IMG/VR virus record: IMGVR_UViG_3300031998_000011
Span: 96,001 to 160,000 of that record
From: a virus
Taxonomy: Duplodnaviria; Caudoviricetes
DNA length: 64,000 nucleotides
Reading direction: 5' to 3' (one strand)
In this document: piece by piece, positions 1-9,344 of the stretch
Layout of the letters: each line of letters starts with the position of its first letter
How positions within the stretch are numbered: the stretch's first letter is position 1
Notes under the pieces: generated by a model
The model's input: the letters and a program-made list of their open reading frames with translations, nothing else
Databases searched by the model: none
What the model was told of the DNA's origin: nothing
Translations under genes and position numbers: made by a program

Positions 1-2
1 TG

Positions 3-815
3 AACAGCATCCGCGAGAACAAGCGGATGGACACGCAGATCACGTTCTACCTGTTCGCGCCGAAGACCGAGATCCCGGAGTTCCAGCGCTACATGACAGG
101 CATCCCGTCCGAAATGTTCAAGGTAACTATTATGGATGTGGACTGGTTCGCCGACAAGGTTGACACCAGAGGCACCATACGGAATCACCTGTACTACGCC
201 AGATGCCTGTTCCCGCAGGTGTTCTTGACGACAGACAAGCTGCTGTACATGGACATAGACATGGCCTGCATCGGCCCAGGCATCGAAGAGCTGTGGAACG
301 AGGACATCGAGGGATGCTGGGTAGGTGCCTGCATCGACCCGACCTGGCAGTACTGTCCGTATTTCAGTCATGATCCGATCAACTGCGGTACGGACCACTA
401 CTTCAACAACGGCATGATGCTGATGAATCTGAAGCAGATCCGCGAGGACGGCAAGGACAAGGAGTTCGCAGAGTGGTGCATGCATTGGGATAAGACCAAG
501 CTGGTCTGTCACTGCTTCGATCAGACGCTATGCAACTACCTGCTGAAGGACAAGGTGCGGCTGCTGAACACCAGATACAACAACAGCCTGCTGGCGTCGC
601 TGGGCGTCGCAGAGGACGCCTATGCGCTGTACATGGAGGAGCAGGGCTACGATGAGCCGCTGGACAGCCTGCGTGAGGCCGTGTTCCTGCACTTCTGTGG
701 TAGCAAGAAGCCCTGGGACTCGGAGGCGCTGGCATGCGACAAGAACGAGTACCCGTACAAGGACGAGGCCGTGGATTTGTGGCGGCAGATCAGGGAACGG
801 TTCGGAAAGAAATAA
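3..815 (+). CDS. Glycosyltransferase family 8 (5'-truncated by window edge)
   Basis: Frame open from position 3; GT8 motifs LLYMDID (DxD), YFNNGMMLMNL, DQTLCN, FLHFCGSKKPW. Confidence 0.88.
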   Translation, partial: NSIRENKRMDTQITFYLFAPKTEIPEFQRYMTGIPSEMFKVTIMDVDWFADKVDTRGTIRNHLYYARCLFPQVFLTTDKLLYMDIDMACIGPGIEELWNEDIEGCWVGACIDPTWQYCPYFSHDPINCGTDHYFNNGMMLMNLKQIREDGKDKEFAEWCMHWDKTKLVCHCFDQTLCNYLLKDKVRLLNTRYNNSLLASLGVAEDAYALYMEEQGYDEPLDSLREAVFLHFCGSKKPWDSEALACDKNEYPYKDEAVDLWRQIRERFGKK

Positions 816-826
816 GGCAGACGTCC

Positions 827-855
827 GGGCGCTCCGATGGGGCGCCTTTAATTTT
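827..855 (+). terminator. Probable intrinsic terminator
   Basis: GGGCGCTCC-gat-GGGGCGCCT hairpin followed by TTAATTTT just after the GT8 stop. Confidence 0.6.
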
Positions 856-873
856 GTACTTGAAGTTGAAAAT
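851..873. repeat. 23-bp palindromic site, copy 1
   Basis: ATTTTGTACTTGAAGTTGAAAAT; 1 mismatch to consensus ATTTTSAACTTSAAGTTSAAAAT; intergenic. Confidence 0.85.
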
Positions 874-915
874 CATACAACCTGAATGTACAACATGGTT
901 GTATGATATGTTGTA
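873..915. promoter_or_regulatory. Interleaved inverted repeats (four TACAAC half-sites), operator-like
   Basis: TCATACAACC (873-882)/GGTTGTATGA (897-906) and TACAACAT (889-896)/ATGTTGTA (908-915). Confidence 0.5.
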
Positions 916-1009
916 TAAACGGCCGGTCTGATTGGGTAATCATGATGTTACGCCGCGCCTATGGTAACGATACTACTCTCTTATTTGGTTGCAACCCAGG
1001 AGATTCACC

Positions 1010-1432
1010 ATGTACGACACAAAGCCCGAATTGATCGGGATCTACAACAACGGCGTGAAAGGCGGCGGTTCCGGCGGCTCCGGCGGTTCCGCACATCCGG
1101 ACGGCAGCGGCGGTCTTATCGTCGATGTTCCTACTGGCGCCTGGACATCCTATACAGATCTTGGCAGTGCCTCCACAGTCACTCTGCTGGCCGGTCAGGC
1201 ATATAGTCTCGACGTTCCGGAAAGCTGCACGATTTCAGCTGCTGTCATGGCTGGATATCTTGGTCCGGATGCACAGCTGACAATGACTGTGGCAAATGGG
1301 GCTACGGTTACACTGGCATCTCCTCTTTCGGCGCATGACCAGCCAGTGGCGGGGGCCGTTAACGACTGCTCGATCAAGTTCCACGGGGACCATGCTTATC
1401 TCTATGTGGACAATGTAACGAGCAACGGATAA
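1010..1432 (+). CDS. Putative tail-fibre-associated protein
   Basis: AGGAG RBS; N-terminal MYDTKPELIGIYNNGVKGGG shared with the next gene; C-terminal domain aligns with a domain of the 1564-aa fibre. Confidence 0.65.
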   Translation: MYDTKPELIGIYNNGVKGGGSGGSGGSAHPDGSGGLIVDVPTGAWTSYTDLGSASTVTLLAGQAYSLDVPESCTISAAVMAGYLGPDAQLTMTVANGATVTLASPLSAHDQPVAGAVNDCSIKFHGDHAYLYVDNVTSNG

Positions 1433-1444
1433 GGAGATAGGTAT

Positions 1445-1732
1445 ATGTACGATACAAAGCCAGAACTGATAGGCATTTATAATAACGGTGTGAAAGGCGG
1501 AGGTGGTGGCGGAACAGGCATCGTCAGCATCACGATTCCTCCTGCCAGTCTCACGACTCCCGGCGTTGTTATCACCGGCAACACCGCAAATCCACAGCTC
1601 ACCAGTGACACGGTCAATGTAGTTCCGACCCAGTGGTATTTCCAGCAGGAGGTATCGCGGCTTGATAACAGAATCGACAGTGCCGGCGTCATTCAGTACA
1701 CCAAAATCGCACAATATCCACCTGAGAACTAA
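1445..1732 (+). CDS. Putative tail-fibre-associated protein
   Basis: TAAGGAG RBS; same 20-aa N-terminus as the preceding gene, followed by a Gly linker. Confidence 0.65.
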   Translation: MYDTKPELIGIYNNGVKGGGGGGTGIVSITIPPASLTTPGVVITGNTANPQLTSDTVNVVPTQWYFQQEVSRLDNRIDSAGVIQYTKIAQYPPEN

Positions 1733-1743
1733 GGAGCACCCAC

Positions 1744-4700
1744 ATGGCTACTCAGACTTACATGACCGCCAAGCTCAACCTCGCTGACGGCACTATCGTT
1801 TATCCGCAGATTTCCCTCGACAACATCGTTCGCTCCATCAGTGATCCCACGCTGGTTACTGTGGCGGAGCTTTCCGGTGGCAAGGTGCCCATTGCACAGC
1901 TGCCGACGACGATTTCCGTTACCGATTCCAATACCACGGTTCCTACCACCGGCGCCGTTTACGGTGCGCTGAACACCAAGCAGAACACTCTTGTCGAAGG
2001 AGACAACATCATTCACATTGTCAATGGGAGCACCATCATGGCAGACATCACCAATCTCGACGTGGCCGGCATCGACCAGACAGCCACCAACGGCGTACAT
2101 CTGGTCCTGGATGGCAACACTGTCAGCGCTGCGGCAGACCTGGCGGCCAACGACAGCGCCGGTGTTATTGCTGGTGCCTCCGATGGCGTGAAGCTGGTGG
2201 ACGGCGTTGCGCAGCTCGATGTTGCTACAGCACCTGTGGCAGACGGTGTTACGGCTGGTCTGGTCAAGACGGTTGGCGATGGCCTGCTTGTTGAAGGCGG
2301 CACTGCATGCATTGACGACGCCACCGTGGAAACCACGCTGCAGGACGTCCGCATCGACGATGGCAGCACTGTTACGCCGGTGAGCGACCAGGTCGTCACG
2401 CCAGGCAATCTTCGTGGTGCACTCAGTGTTGGTCAGGCGGTGGATGTGAGCTGTAAGGCTTTGCTTTGCGGTTGGTCAGAAATTCAATATGCTGATGATG
2501 ACACTTGGTATTCCACAACGACTGAAGCGTTCACCAAGGATTCTACAAAATTCCTTGGTACTTTCAAACTGCGAACAACTGGTTCAAATCAATATTATCG
2601 TTTTGGGTTCGGTACTTCCGGAAGCACGGGCAGTCTGTTTCCGAAAAGAGCAGCGGGACTTAAATATCTGTTTATTTGCGATGTACGAAATAGCTCGACG
2701 ACTACAGCATGGGGCGCTTATAGCTTAATGCAAGCAGACGGTAGCCCTTATCCCAATAACAATTCCGTGAATGGTATTCCCTATACGGTTCCAGTAGCAA
2801 ATTGTTCACCTAATGGCAGTTTTGTGCGTATGGCTATCTTAGTTAGTGGTGACGCTGGCTATATGAACTTAGCCATTCAAGGAGGTGGCGTAAGCGCTAC
2901 ATTTGAAATTGAGATCAAGAATTGGCGTCAGTACGAAGTCACCGCGCTCACTGATGACGCCATTGCTTACATTGCCCAGCTGCCGGATCCCGACGCCTTC
3001 TTCCGCAGCACTGACGCCTACAGCATCCGCGACAAGTACCTGATCAAGCAGGACATGGTCAGCCCCTTCATCCCGATCATCAACATGTCCAACAGCGACC
3101 TGACGATTGCTGCCGGCCTGGCCTACAAGATGCAGATCACTGACAGCAACACGCACAAGTTCACCGTCGATACCATCCCGACCAACGGCTATGGCTGGGA
3201 CAGCCATCTGCAGCTCTTCGTCAATGACGTGGCCACGGTTACATTCCAGAACCCGCTCGTGCTCATGAACCCGCTGACTCCGAACTCCGGTCACAATATC
3301 ACGATCAAGTGGCGTGCAGGTCAGGCGCTGGCGTATGTGGAAGACACAGACGTCGGCTATGTTGTCACGGTTACGGCGGGCACCGAGAACGGCAGCCTGT
3401 ATTACGGCCTGACGAATGATGTCGGTGGCTATGTCGTGTTTGCGGATAGCGTCGATGACCAGACGATCAGCCTGATCGAAGGAACCACGATTTCGCGCAA
3501 CGTCAATATCATCGGCAACGGCATGGAAACGACGGTCATCGACGGGGATATCTATTCCCAGGGTAATTCTGTCGGCATCACGAATCTGACGCTTACCGGT
3601 TCCTCAATCGGTCTTTGCAGAGTTTGGAATGATTATACAGGAGACATCGTTTCCATCTCCAACTGCAAGATCGAGAACTGTGTGGGAAGCTACCCCGGTC
3701 CTAATGGTTATCTTGGTTATTACAACGTCGGCCTTGACAACTGTATCGTGGTCGGCTGTGGTGGTGAGAGCCACGGTACGCTGTTTGCGCTCCTGGACAA
3801 GGATGTTACGAATACGATCTTTACGGATTGCAGTATGTCCGGGGGAACGCAGTGGCAGGTAGGTCGTACTGTTTACTGCTTCGGCAAAAAAGGCTGCAGC
3901 ATAAGCGGTTGCACCTTCAGTAATAACAAGGCTTATTATGGTGATGTTAGCGTATATAACAGCGCGACATGGACGATTGAGAACTGCCTGTTTGAGCCAC
4001 TGTCTGTTTCCTCATGGAATTGCGGCGTTGTGGTGCAGGCCGGTGCTGATCAGGCTGGTGCCGGTTATGCTACGATCACGGGTTGTACGTTTAACAATAA
4101 TATCAGCTGCTGGCATTATACCAGCGGTACAGATATTGACTACAGAGGCCGCGTCGATTTTACCGGTGTCAATATCCTGAACGGGACAGCAGGCGGTTCT
4201 GGCCTGTACTACTGGCTTGACGGTTCCACCATCACCAGCCCGGAGCGCACTGGTGCTTTCGATTTCGCCGATTGCCAGTTCAATCTGGGTCCGTCTGGCA
4301 ATGCGGTTTTCGAGGGCATCACGTTCAAGAACAAGAATGCAACACATGCCCCGATGATACTCTCTCTAAATACTCCTACTACACAGGAGTTCATCGACTG
4401 CGTGTTCACCGGCAACACATCCAGTGTTCACGGTGGTGGCATTATGGTTAGCGGCTGGGGGAACACCGTTATTTTGAGCGGTACTACCTTCAGCGATAAC
4501 CAGGCTGCTCAGGGCAGTGCTGTCCGTTTCGAGAACGGCCCGCTGCTTTCTGTAACTGACTGTCTCTGCTCCAACTGCACACTCGGCGGTACATTCCGTC
4601 TGCTGCGCACGGCAAAAGGAGAGTTTACCAGGCTGACTATTACGGACACTACCAGATATACTGCTTTCAGTCTGTACGGCGGATGCAATATCACGTTTGA

Positions 4701-6438
4701 TTCCTGCAGCATGCCTTATGGTGATGTGTCTGGTACAGACGGCTATACACTTGCTGGTGATGCTCTCCAGAATTATCAGCTGCTGACCTGGAAGAACAGC
4801 AACAGTGTGATTTCGATTGTGGTCTACGGCTCCAATAGATTTGTCGCCGGATCTACTATCACAACGACATACGCCTGCTATACAAGAGATGATGCGCCGT
4901 TTGGCAACTTCTCCATTGGCACCCTCTCGGAGGATGGCACAGTCTACACAGTCGGCGGCACGGCCACTTTCGTATATCCCGGCGGCTCCACGGTGCTCTC
5001 CGGTATGGGTACACATGTGAATGCTGATGGTACCAACGACTTCAGTGCTCCGGTTCATGTCACGACTTCTGCAACAGAGGGTACCGGCTCCCTGCCGTAT
5101 GCTCTGGCGAATGCCTCCAAATGGATCCTGGTTGATCGTGGTGTTACAGGCACTTTTGCCTCGACTGCGGTTGCTCTCAACGGCAAGCAGATCGTGGATG
5201 CTTCCGGCATGTTGATTGCTGGTGGTACGTTCACGCTTGCGGGTGGTACCGTTATTGAAGCGACAAGGACAATTCAGGGCAGCACTGTTACTCTGCCTGA
5301 CACGGGTGCCGTCATTGTCGGTATGCGTGACAGCGTCCTGGACCTCAGCGAGGGTTGCCTGCAGCCGACAGCGAATACAGGTAAGATGCACAAGATCCAA
5401 AACATCACACTCAGTGGTGGCACGACAGGAAATGGTGGCCGTACTTCAATGGGTATCAATGTGCAGGGCTGCACAGCGTCCTTTGAATATGTCACGTTCT
5501 CCGACATGTACACAACAGACGCCAACTGGTCCTTCATCGTTCGTGGAACAGTTAATAGTACACTGATACTCAACAACTGTATTTTCAAGAATAATTACAA
5601 CGGCACAAGTATAGCTTCTGCTATCCAGGTTCAAAATGCTGCTACGATTTCCAACTGCACATTTGCAAAGCACAATACCAATAGCTACAGGGCTATCTAC
5701 TGCGGTGGCGGACTGACCAAGATGATCAGTCTAAACACGTTTGCGAGTGGTGTGGTTGTCGTGGAAGGCGGCACATTCTCGCTGGAAAATAGTTCTACGC
5801 TTGATCTGAGTTCTAACTGGGGCAACGGCGGTAAGTTCGCTTATACCACGACTGTAGCGGGCTCTAACATCATCTTCGGCAGTCCTGTCACCATCACGTA
5901 TAATCTTACATCCGGAATGCAGACACAGACTACGAAGTCGATGGTCGTCAGCGGTGTTACGGATGGTCGCATCATCTACTCCTGGGGCGCCATTGAAGTG
6001 GACCGTCTTTTCCCGACTTATGTCAGCGGCGGTACAGTGACGTTCAGCGGTACTAAGGTGTCTGCAACTTATCATCCGCTGGTACCTCTGAGTGGTTCTA
6101 CGGTGAACAACTGCGCATTTGTGTCCGATACAGCTATGTTCCTGGCGGCTGGATACAACGGACAGACTAGTTATCTGACGATAAGCGGCCTGGTAAGCTT
6201 TAACAAGCCGTTGATGGCCGGATCTTCAACCAGTTACGGTAATGTCACGATGCTGGATGGCTCTACGATATCGTTCTCCGGCGTATCTGGGGCGTACCTC
6301 TTCGACAGTGGTGCCGGTACGTTCTCAATCGGTAAGAACTGCAGGTGCATCAACGCGGCGGGCACAAGTGTGCTGCTGAACAACGGTGTCGCCACTACGG
6401 CTTACACGAAGATCGCTTACGATGGGACACTGTCGTAA
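1744..6438 (+). CDS. Large tail fibre/spike with right-handed beta-helix repeats
   Basis: 1564 aa, Thr/Gly/Ser-rich; FxxN-type repeats (SGCTFSNNKA, TGCTFNNN, FTGNTS..GGGI, FSDNQA, NCIFKNN); repeated VT..(G/T)..GSL.Y(G/A)L.N motif. Confidence 0.7.
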   Translation: MATQTYMTAKLNLADGTIVYPQISLDNIVRSISDPTLVTVAELSGGKVPIAQLPTTISVTDSNTTVPTTGAVYGALNTKQNTLVEGDNIIHIVNGSTIMADITNLDVAGIDQTATNGVHLVLDGNTVSAAADLAANDSAGVIAGASDGVKLVDGVAQLDVATAPVADGVTAGLVKTVGDGLLVEGGTACIDDATVETTLQDVRIDDGSTVTPVSDQVVTPGNLRGALSVGQAVDVSCKALLCGWSEIQYADDDTWYSTTTEAFTKDSTKFLGTFKLRTTGSNQYYRFGFGTSGSTGSLFPKRAAGLKYLFICDVRNSSTTTAWGAYSLMQADGSPYPNNNSVNGIPYTVPVANCSPNGSFVRMAILVSGDAGYMNLAIQGGGVSATFEIEIKNWRQYEVTALTDDAIAYIAQLPDPDAFFRSTDAYSIRDKYLIKQDMVSPFIPIINMSNSDLTIAAGLAYKMQITDSNTHKFTVDTIPTNGYGWDSHLQLFVNDVATVTFQNPLVLMNPLTPNSGHNITIKWRAGQALAYVEDTDVGYVVTVTAGTENGSLYYGLTNDVGGYVVFADSVDDQTISLIEGTTISRNVNIIGNGMETTVIDGDIYSQGNSVGITNLTLTGSSIGLCRVWNDYTGDIVSISNCKIENCVGSYPGPNGYLGYYNVGLDNCIVVGCGGESHGTLFALLDKDVTNTIFTDCSMSGGTQWQVGRTVYCFGKKGCSISGCTFSNNKAYYGDVSVYNSATWTIENCLFEPLSVSSWNCGVVVQAGADQAGAGYATITGCTFNNNISCWHYTSGTDIDYRGRVDFTGVNILNGTAGGSGLYYWLDGSTITSPERTGAFDFADCQFNLGPSGNAVFEGITFKNKNATHAPMILSLNTPTTQEFIDCVFTGNTSSVHGGGIMVSGWGNTVILSGTTFSDNQAAQGSAVRFENGPLLSVTDCLCSNCTLGGTFRLLRTAKGEFTRLTITDTTRYTAFSLYGGCNITFDSCSMPYGDVSGTDGYTLAGDALQNYQLLTWKNSNSVISIVVYGSNRFVAGSTITTTYACYTRDDAPFGNFSIGTLSEDGTVYTVGGTATFVYPGGSTVLSGMGTHVNADGTNDFSAPVHVTTSATEGTGSLPYALANASKWILVDRGVTGTFASTAVALNGKQIVDASGMLIAGGTFTLAGGTVIEATRTIQGSTVTLPDTGAVIVGMRDSVLDLSEGCLQPTANTGKMHKIQNITLSGGTTGNGGRTSMGINVQGCTASFEYVTFSDMYTTDANWSFIVRGTVNSTLILNNCIFKNNYNGTSIASAIQVQNAATISNCTFAKHNTNSYRAIYCGGGLTKMISLNTFASGVVVVEGGTFSLENSSTLDLSSNWGNGGKFAYTTTVAGSNIIFGSPVTITYNLTSGMQTQTTKSMVVSGVTDGRIIYSWGAIEVDRLFPTYVSGGTVTFSGTKVSATYHPLVPLSGSTVNNCAFVSDTAMFLAAGYNGQTSYLTISGLVSFNKPLMAGSSTSYGNVTMLDGSTISFSGVSGAYLFDSGAGTFSIGKNCRCINAAGTSVLLNNGVATTAYTKIAYDGTLS

Positions 6439-6456
6439 CATCCGAGTGTTTCTTAC

Positions 6457-6490
6457 AGCCCCTCACGGTTCTCCGTCGAGGGGCTTTTTC
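6457..6490 (+). terminator. Intrinsic terminator
   Basis: AGCCCCTC-ACGG..CCGT-cGAGGGGCT followed by TTTTC. Confidence 0.85.
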
Positions 6491-6537
6491 ATGCCCATAT
6501 AGTAAGACAACCCCACCAACCAGAAAGGAATAACATC

Positions 6538-7179
6538 ATGATCGTTAAACCTACACCCGCGCCTGCGGATCCCACCAAGGTCTGTAAGACCTGCGGACTC
6601 TATGATCCAGATGTACATGTATGCTGCGCCAATGACGTAATTGTGTCTGATGATGTCGCCAAGACTAAGTGCTGCGGGGATTGGGAGCCGAAGCACATCT
6701 GCAAGACCTGTGGGCGCTTTGATCCTGACACGAATGAATGCTGGTGGTTCGGAGAACATGCCATGTCAGAGGAGGCCATGACGAGAATCTGTAAGTCCTG
6801 GGAGCCGAGGAAAGAGAAGCTCAACGTATTTACTGCGACTGAGACCATAGGCATGGATCCTGTCAATCCCGTGAAGGTTCCGCTTCAGCCGGATGACTCC
6901 ATCAAGTTCAAAGCCAAGGAGACTATCGGCATAACTATTTCGAATCTAGACAACGTCACCAGGGCTACGTTGAAAGAGAGCACTGGTTGGGACCACCAGC
7001 AGGAAGCCAAGACCCTTGATCGCGGCGCCAAGCAGGGCATGACACTGGAGGCCCTGGAAACCGTATTCGCGATTGCCTGTCAGCAGGTGCCTTCTATGGA
7101 GCAGCGCTGGATGGAGCTGAAGGCGGAGATCAACGTTATGTTCGCCCAGAAGTGGTCAGCGGAGGATACGACGAAATGA
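6538..7179 (+). CDS. Hypothetical protein with a duplicated Cys-rich module
   Basis: Two tandem copies of CKTCGxxDPD...C...C..WEP; AAGGA RBS. Confidence 0.7.
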   Translation: MIVKPTPAPADPTKVCKTCGLYDPDVHVCCANDVIVSDDVAKTKCCGDWEPKHICKTCGRFDPDTNECWWFGEHAMSEEAMTRICKSWEPRKEKLNVFTATETIGMDPVNPVKVPLQPDDSIKFKAKETIGITISNLDNVTRATLKESTGWDHQQEAKTLDRGAKQGMTLEALETVFAIACQQVPSMEQRWMELKAEINVMFAQKWSAEDTTK

Positions 7180-7397
7180 ATAAAGTCAGCATTGTTCTGT
7201 TCGTTCTATCCGGCATTTTCTTGTTGCCGTTGCTTGGTGCCTGCATTGTCGCCTGGTGCCAGGAGGCATTGCGCTTGTTCCACTATGCGATCAAGACGCA
7301 CAAGTTCGATGACATCGCGGCTTTTTCGGTTTACATGTGTGTCAGCCTTGGTCTTATGGCAGCGATTGCTATGGCATTCGACAAATTCCTTTTGTGA
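7176..7397 (+). CDS. Small two-TM membrane protein
   Basis: GGAGG RBS, ATGA overlap, two hydrophobic segments. Confidence 0.65.
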   Translation: MNKVSIVLFVLSGIFLLPLLGACIVAWCQEALRLFHYAIKTHKFDDIAAFSVYMCVSLGLMAAIAMAFDKFLL

Positions 7398-7404
7398 GGT
7401 ACAT

Positions 7405-7833
7405 ATGACCCACGCAGAACTCGTTCAAGTCGCCGTTGCACAGCTCAAGCGCTGGAGGTGCCTGCCTATCATCTCCGAGATGCACTGCGCCAACACCTAT
7501 GGCGAGATCCCGGACGCCATCGGCTGGCTGTCAAGGGCGTCTATCCTGATCGAGTGCAAGACTTCCAGAGCAGACTTCCTGCGGGACCGCGAGAAGCTCT
7601 TCCGGCAGGAGCCCGCATTTGGCATGGGTGACATCCGGTTCTACTTCACCAACCCAGGCGTGATCTGGAATGACTTGCCAGAAGGCTGGGGTCACTATGT
7701 GGTCTTCGACGGCAAGCCCAAGTACATGTCCGGTCTGCGCTACAGCAACGCCTGCAAGATCCCGTTTCAGGGTAACAAGCGTGAGGAAATGTACCTCATG
7801 CGTTCTTATATCAGACGAAAGGAGTCCGTATGA
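7405..7833 (+). CDS. PD-(D/E)xK nuclease-like protein (MmcB-like motif)
   Basis: PDAIGW...SILIECKTSRADF..D.EK; GAGG RBS before ATG 7405. Confidence 0.65.
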   Translation: MTHAELVQVAVAQLKRWRCLPIISEMHCANTYGEIPDAIGWLSRASILIECKTSRADFLRDREKLFRQEPAFGMGDIRFYFTNPGVIWNDLPEGWGHYVVFDGKPKYMSGLRYSNACKIPFQGNKREEMYLMRSYIRRKESV

Positions 7834-8225
7834 AACCCGACACAGTTCAAGTCAATCGCACCTACTGGACCATCATGACGAACCAGTACGGCGACAGCAC
7901 CACAGCTGACAGCATCTTGCTGGCGCCTGTGTTTGTGCTCTACATCGAGCCTGACATGGGTCCCGGAGAGTCCGGCCACATGTGCGCATGCGCCATGCTG
8001 GACTGCAAAGGCAACATTCCGTGCCCGATGCCGATCCGCAAGGTGCGCGAGGCGTTTCTGTATGAGGACTTCGACGAGGCCTGGGATATGCTGCACAAGG
8101 ACTTGCGGGACGGCTTGAAGGCGCTGGACAAGATGCGCTCGGATGCGCAGGCAAAGGGACATGACCTGGACAAGAAGGACCACTTCCTGTTGATCCAGCT
8201 GAACTCACTGGAGAAGAAGCCATGA
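7830..8225 (+). CDS. Hypothetical protein, probably of the SH3-like/coiled-coil family at 23-28 kb
   Basis: AAGGAG RBS; LYEDFDEAW followed by a coiled-coil-like tail. Confidence 0.6.
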   Translation: MKPDTVQVNRTYWTIMTNQYGDSTTADSILLAPVFVLYIEPDMGPGESGHMCACAMLDCKGNIPCPMPIRKVREAFLYEDFDEAWDMLHKDLRDGLKALDKMRSDAQAKGHDLDKKDHFLLIQLNSLEKKP

Positions 8226-8434
8226 GTGAAGGCACGATAATCCTGCTGATGCTTGTCGGGTGTCTGTCACTGGGAGCCATAATGGCATATTTGGATGAGA
8301 AGTATCCGCTAGCATTCAATCTCACCATGTGCTTCATCCTGTTCACCATACTGCTCTACGTCTGCATCAAGAAGTATGACCAAGCATGTGCCAGACTGGA
8401 GAAGTCGCAGCAGACCCAGGAGGCACAGCCATGA
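8222..8434 (+). CDS. Small two-TM membrane protein
   Basis: Two hydrophobic helices, overlapping start/stop. Confidence 0.6.
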   Translation: MSEGTIILLMLVGCLSLGAIMAYLDEKYPLAFNLTMCFILFTILLYVCIKKYDQACARLEKSQQTQEAQP

Positions 8435-8643
8435 CCACCGTGTTCATTCTTTTAGGCTTCGGCTGCCTGTTCCTGTTGCCAGTTGCCATCATGCTGGTTC
8501 TTGGCTTCGTGCATCTCTTGGAGGACGTCGCCAAGGGCTATATCGACGAGTGCAACGAGCTGGCTCTGGCGCTGGTCAGCATCGCGGGCATCATCTGTCT
8601 GTTCACAGCACTTATTCTGTATCACCAGGGAGGCACACCATGA
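8431..8643 (+). CDS. Small two-TM membrane protein
   Basis: AGGAGG RBS, ATGA overlap, LFLLP motif. Confidence 0.65.
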   Translation: MTTVFILLGFGCLFLLPVAIMLVLGFVHLLEDVAKGYIDECNELALALVSIAGIICLFTALILYHQGGTP

Positions 8644-8867
8644 GCACCATCAGCATCATACTGTTCACCATCGCAGGCACTCTGTTTATTCCGGTGCTTA
8701 TCGTGGTCCTGATCATGGGTTCCATCCGTGTGTACCAGCTACTGGAAAGCTGTGGAGAGCAGGGCTTTGCCTGGACCGCGATTGGTCTATGGGCACTCTG
8801 GATCATCCTTATGATCATGCTTGGTTTCTGCTGGATGGACGGCTTTCCTGGGATACAGCTGCACTGA
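8640..8867 (+). CDS. Small two-TM membrane protein
   Basis: GGAGG RBS, ATGA overlap, LFIP motif. Confidence 0.65.
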   Translation: MSTISIILFTIAGTLFIPVLIVVLIMGSIRVYQLLESCGEQGFAWTAIGLWALWIILMIMLGFCWMDGFPGIQLH

Positions 8868-8909
8868 CGCAACTGCTTTTGTAAACAACACTCTCCAAGG
8901 AGGACTACT

Positions 8910-9341
8910 ATGAAATATTACAACTGGCATGGCCAGATCTTCAAGAACAACCCGCCTGACCCACTGTACACTGACGACGGTCGTTCCATTTCACCAGTCG
9001 ATGATGCGACCTTCGAGGCTGCAGGCGGCATCATCACCACGGATGAGAAGCCGACTCCTGTGCAGGAAGCGCATGCGGCCTGGAAGCAGTTCCGCAAGGC
9101 TGTCTACGACACCCAGAAGTTCCTCCACGACCCGACTTACATGGGCGGCTTCGATGAGGACTGGAAGATCGAGCAGTCCGAGTACACGGCGGCGGATCCC
9201 ACCACGGCGCTCATGCTGACGACCAGACTCCAGAACGCCAATGCCAAATGCGTGTACCGTTCCGGACTCATCGGACTCGGTCAGCCTGAGTGGTACTTCG
9301 AGGCGTGGAAGCACACGGACGAAGACGATCCGGAGGAATAA
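8910..9341 (+). CDS. Hypothetical protein
   Basis: AAGGAGGA RBS, phage-typical codon usage. Confidence 0.75.
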   Translation: MKYYNWHGQIFKNNPPDPLYTDDGRSISPVDDATFEAAGGIITTDEKPTPVQEAHAAWKQFRKAVYDTQKFLHDPTYMGGFDEDWKIEQSEYTAADPTTALMLTTRLQNANAKCVYRSGLIGLGQPEWYFEAWKHTDEDDPEE

Positions 9342-9344
9342 GCC

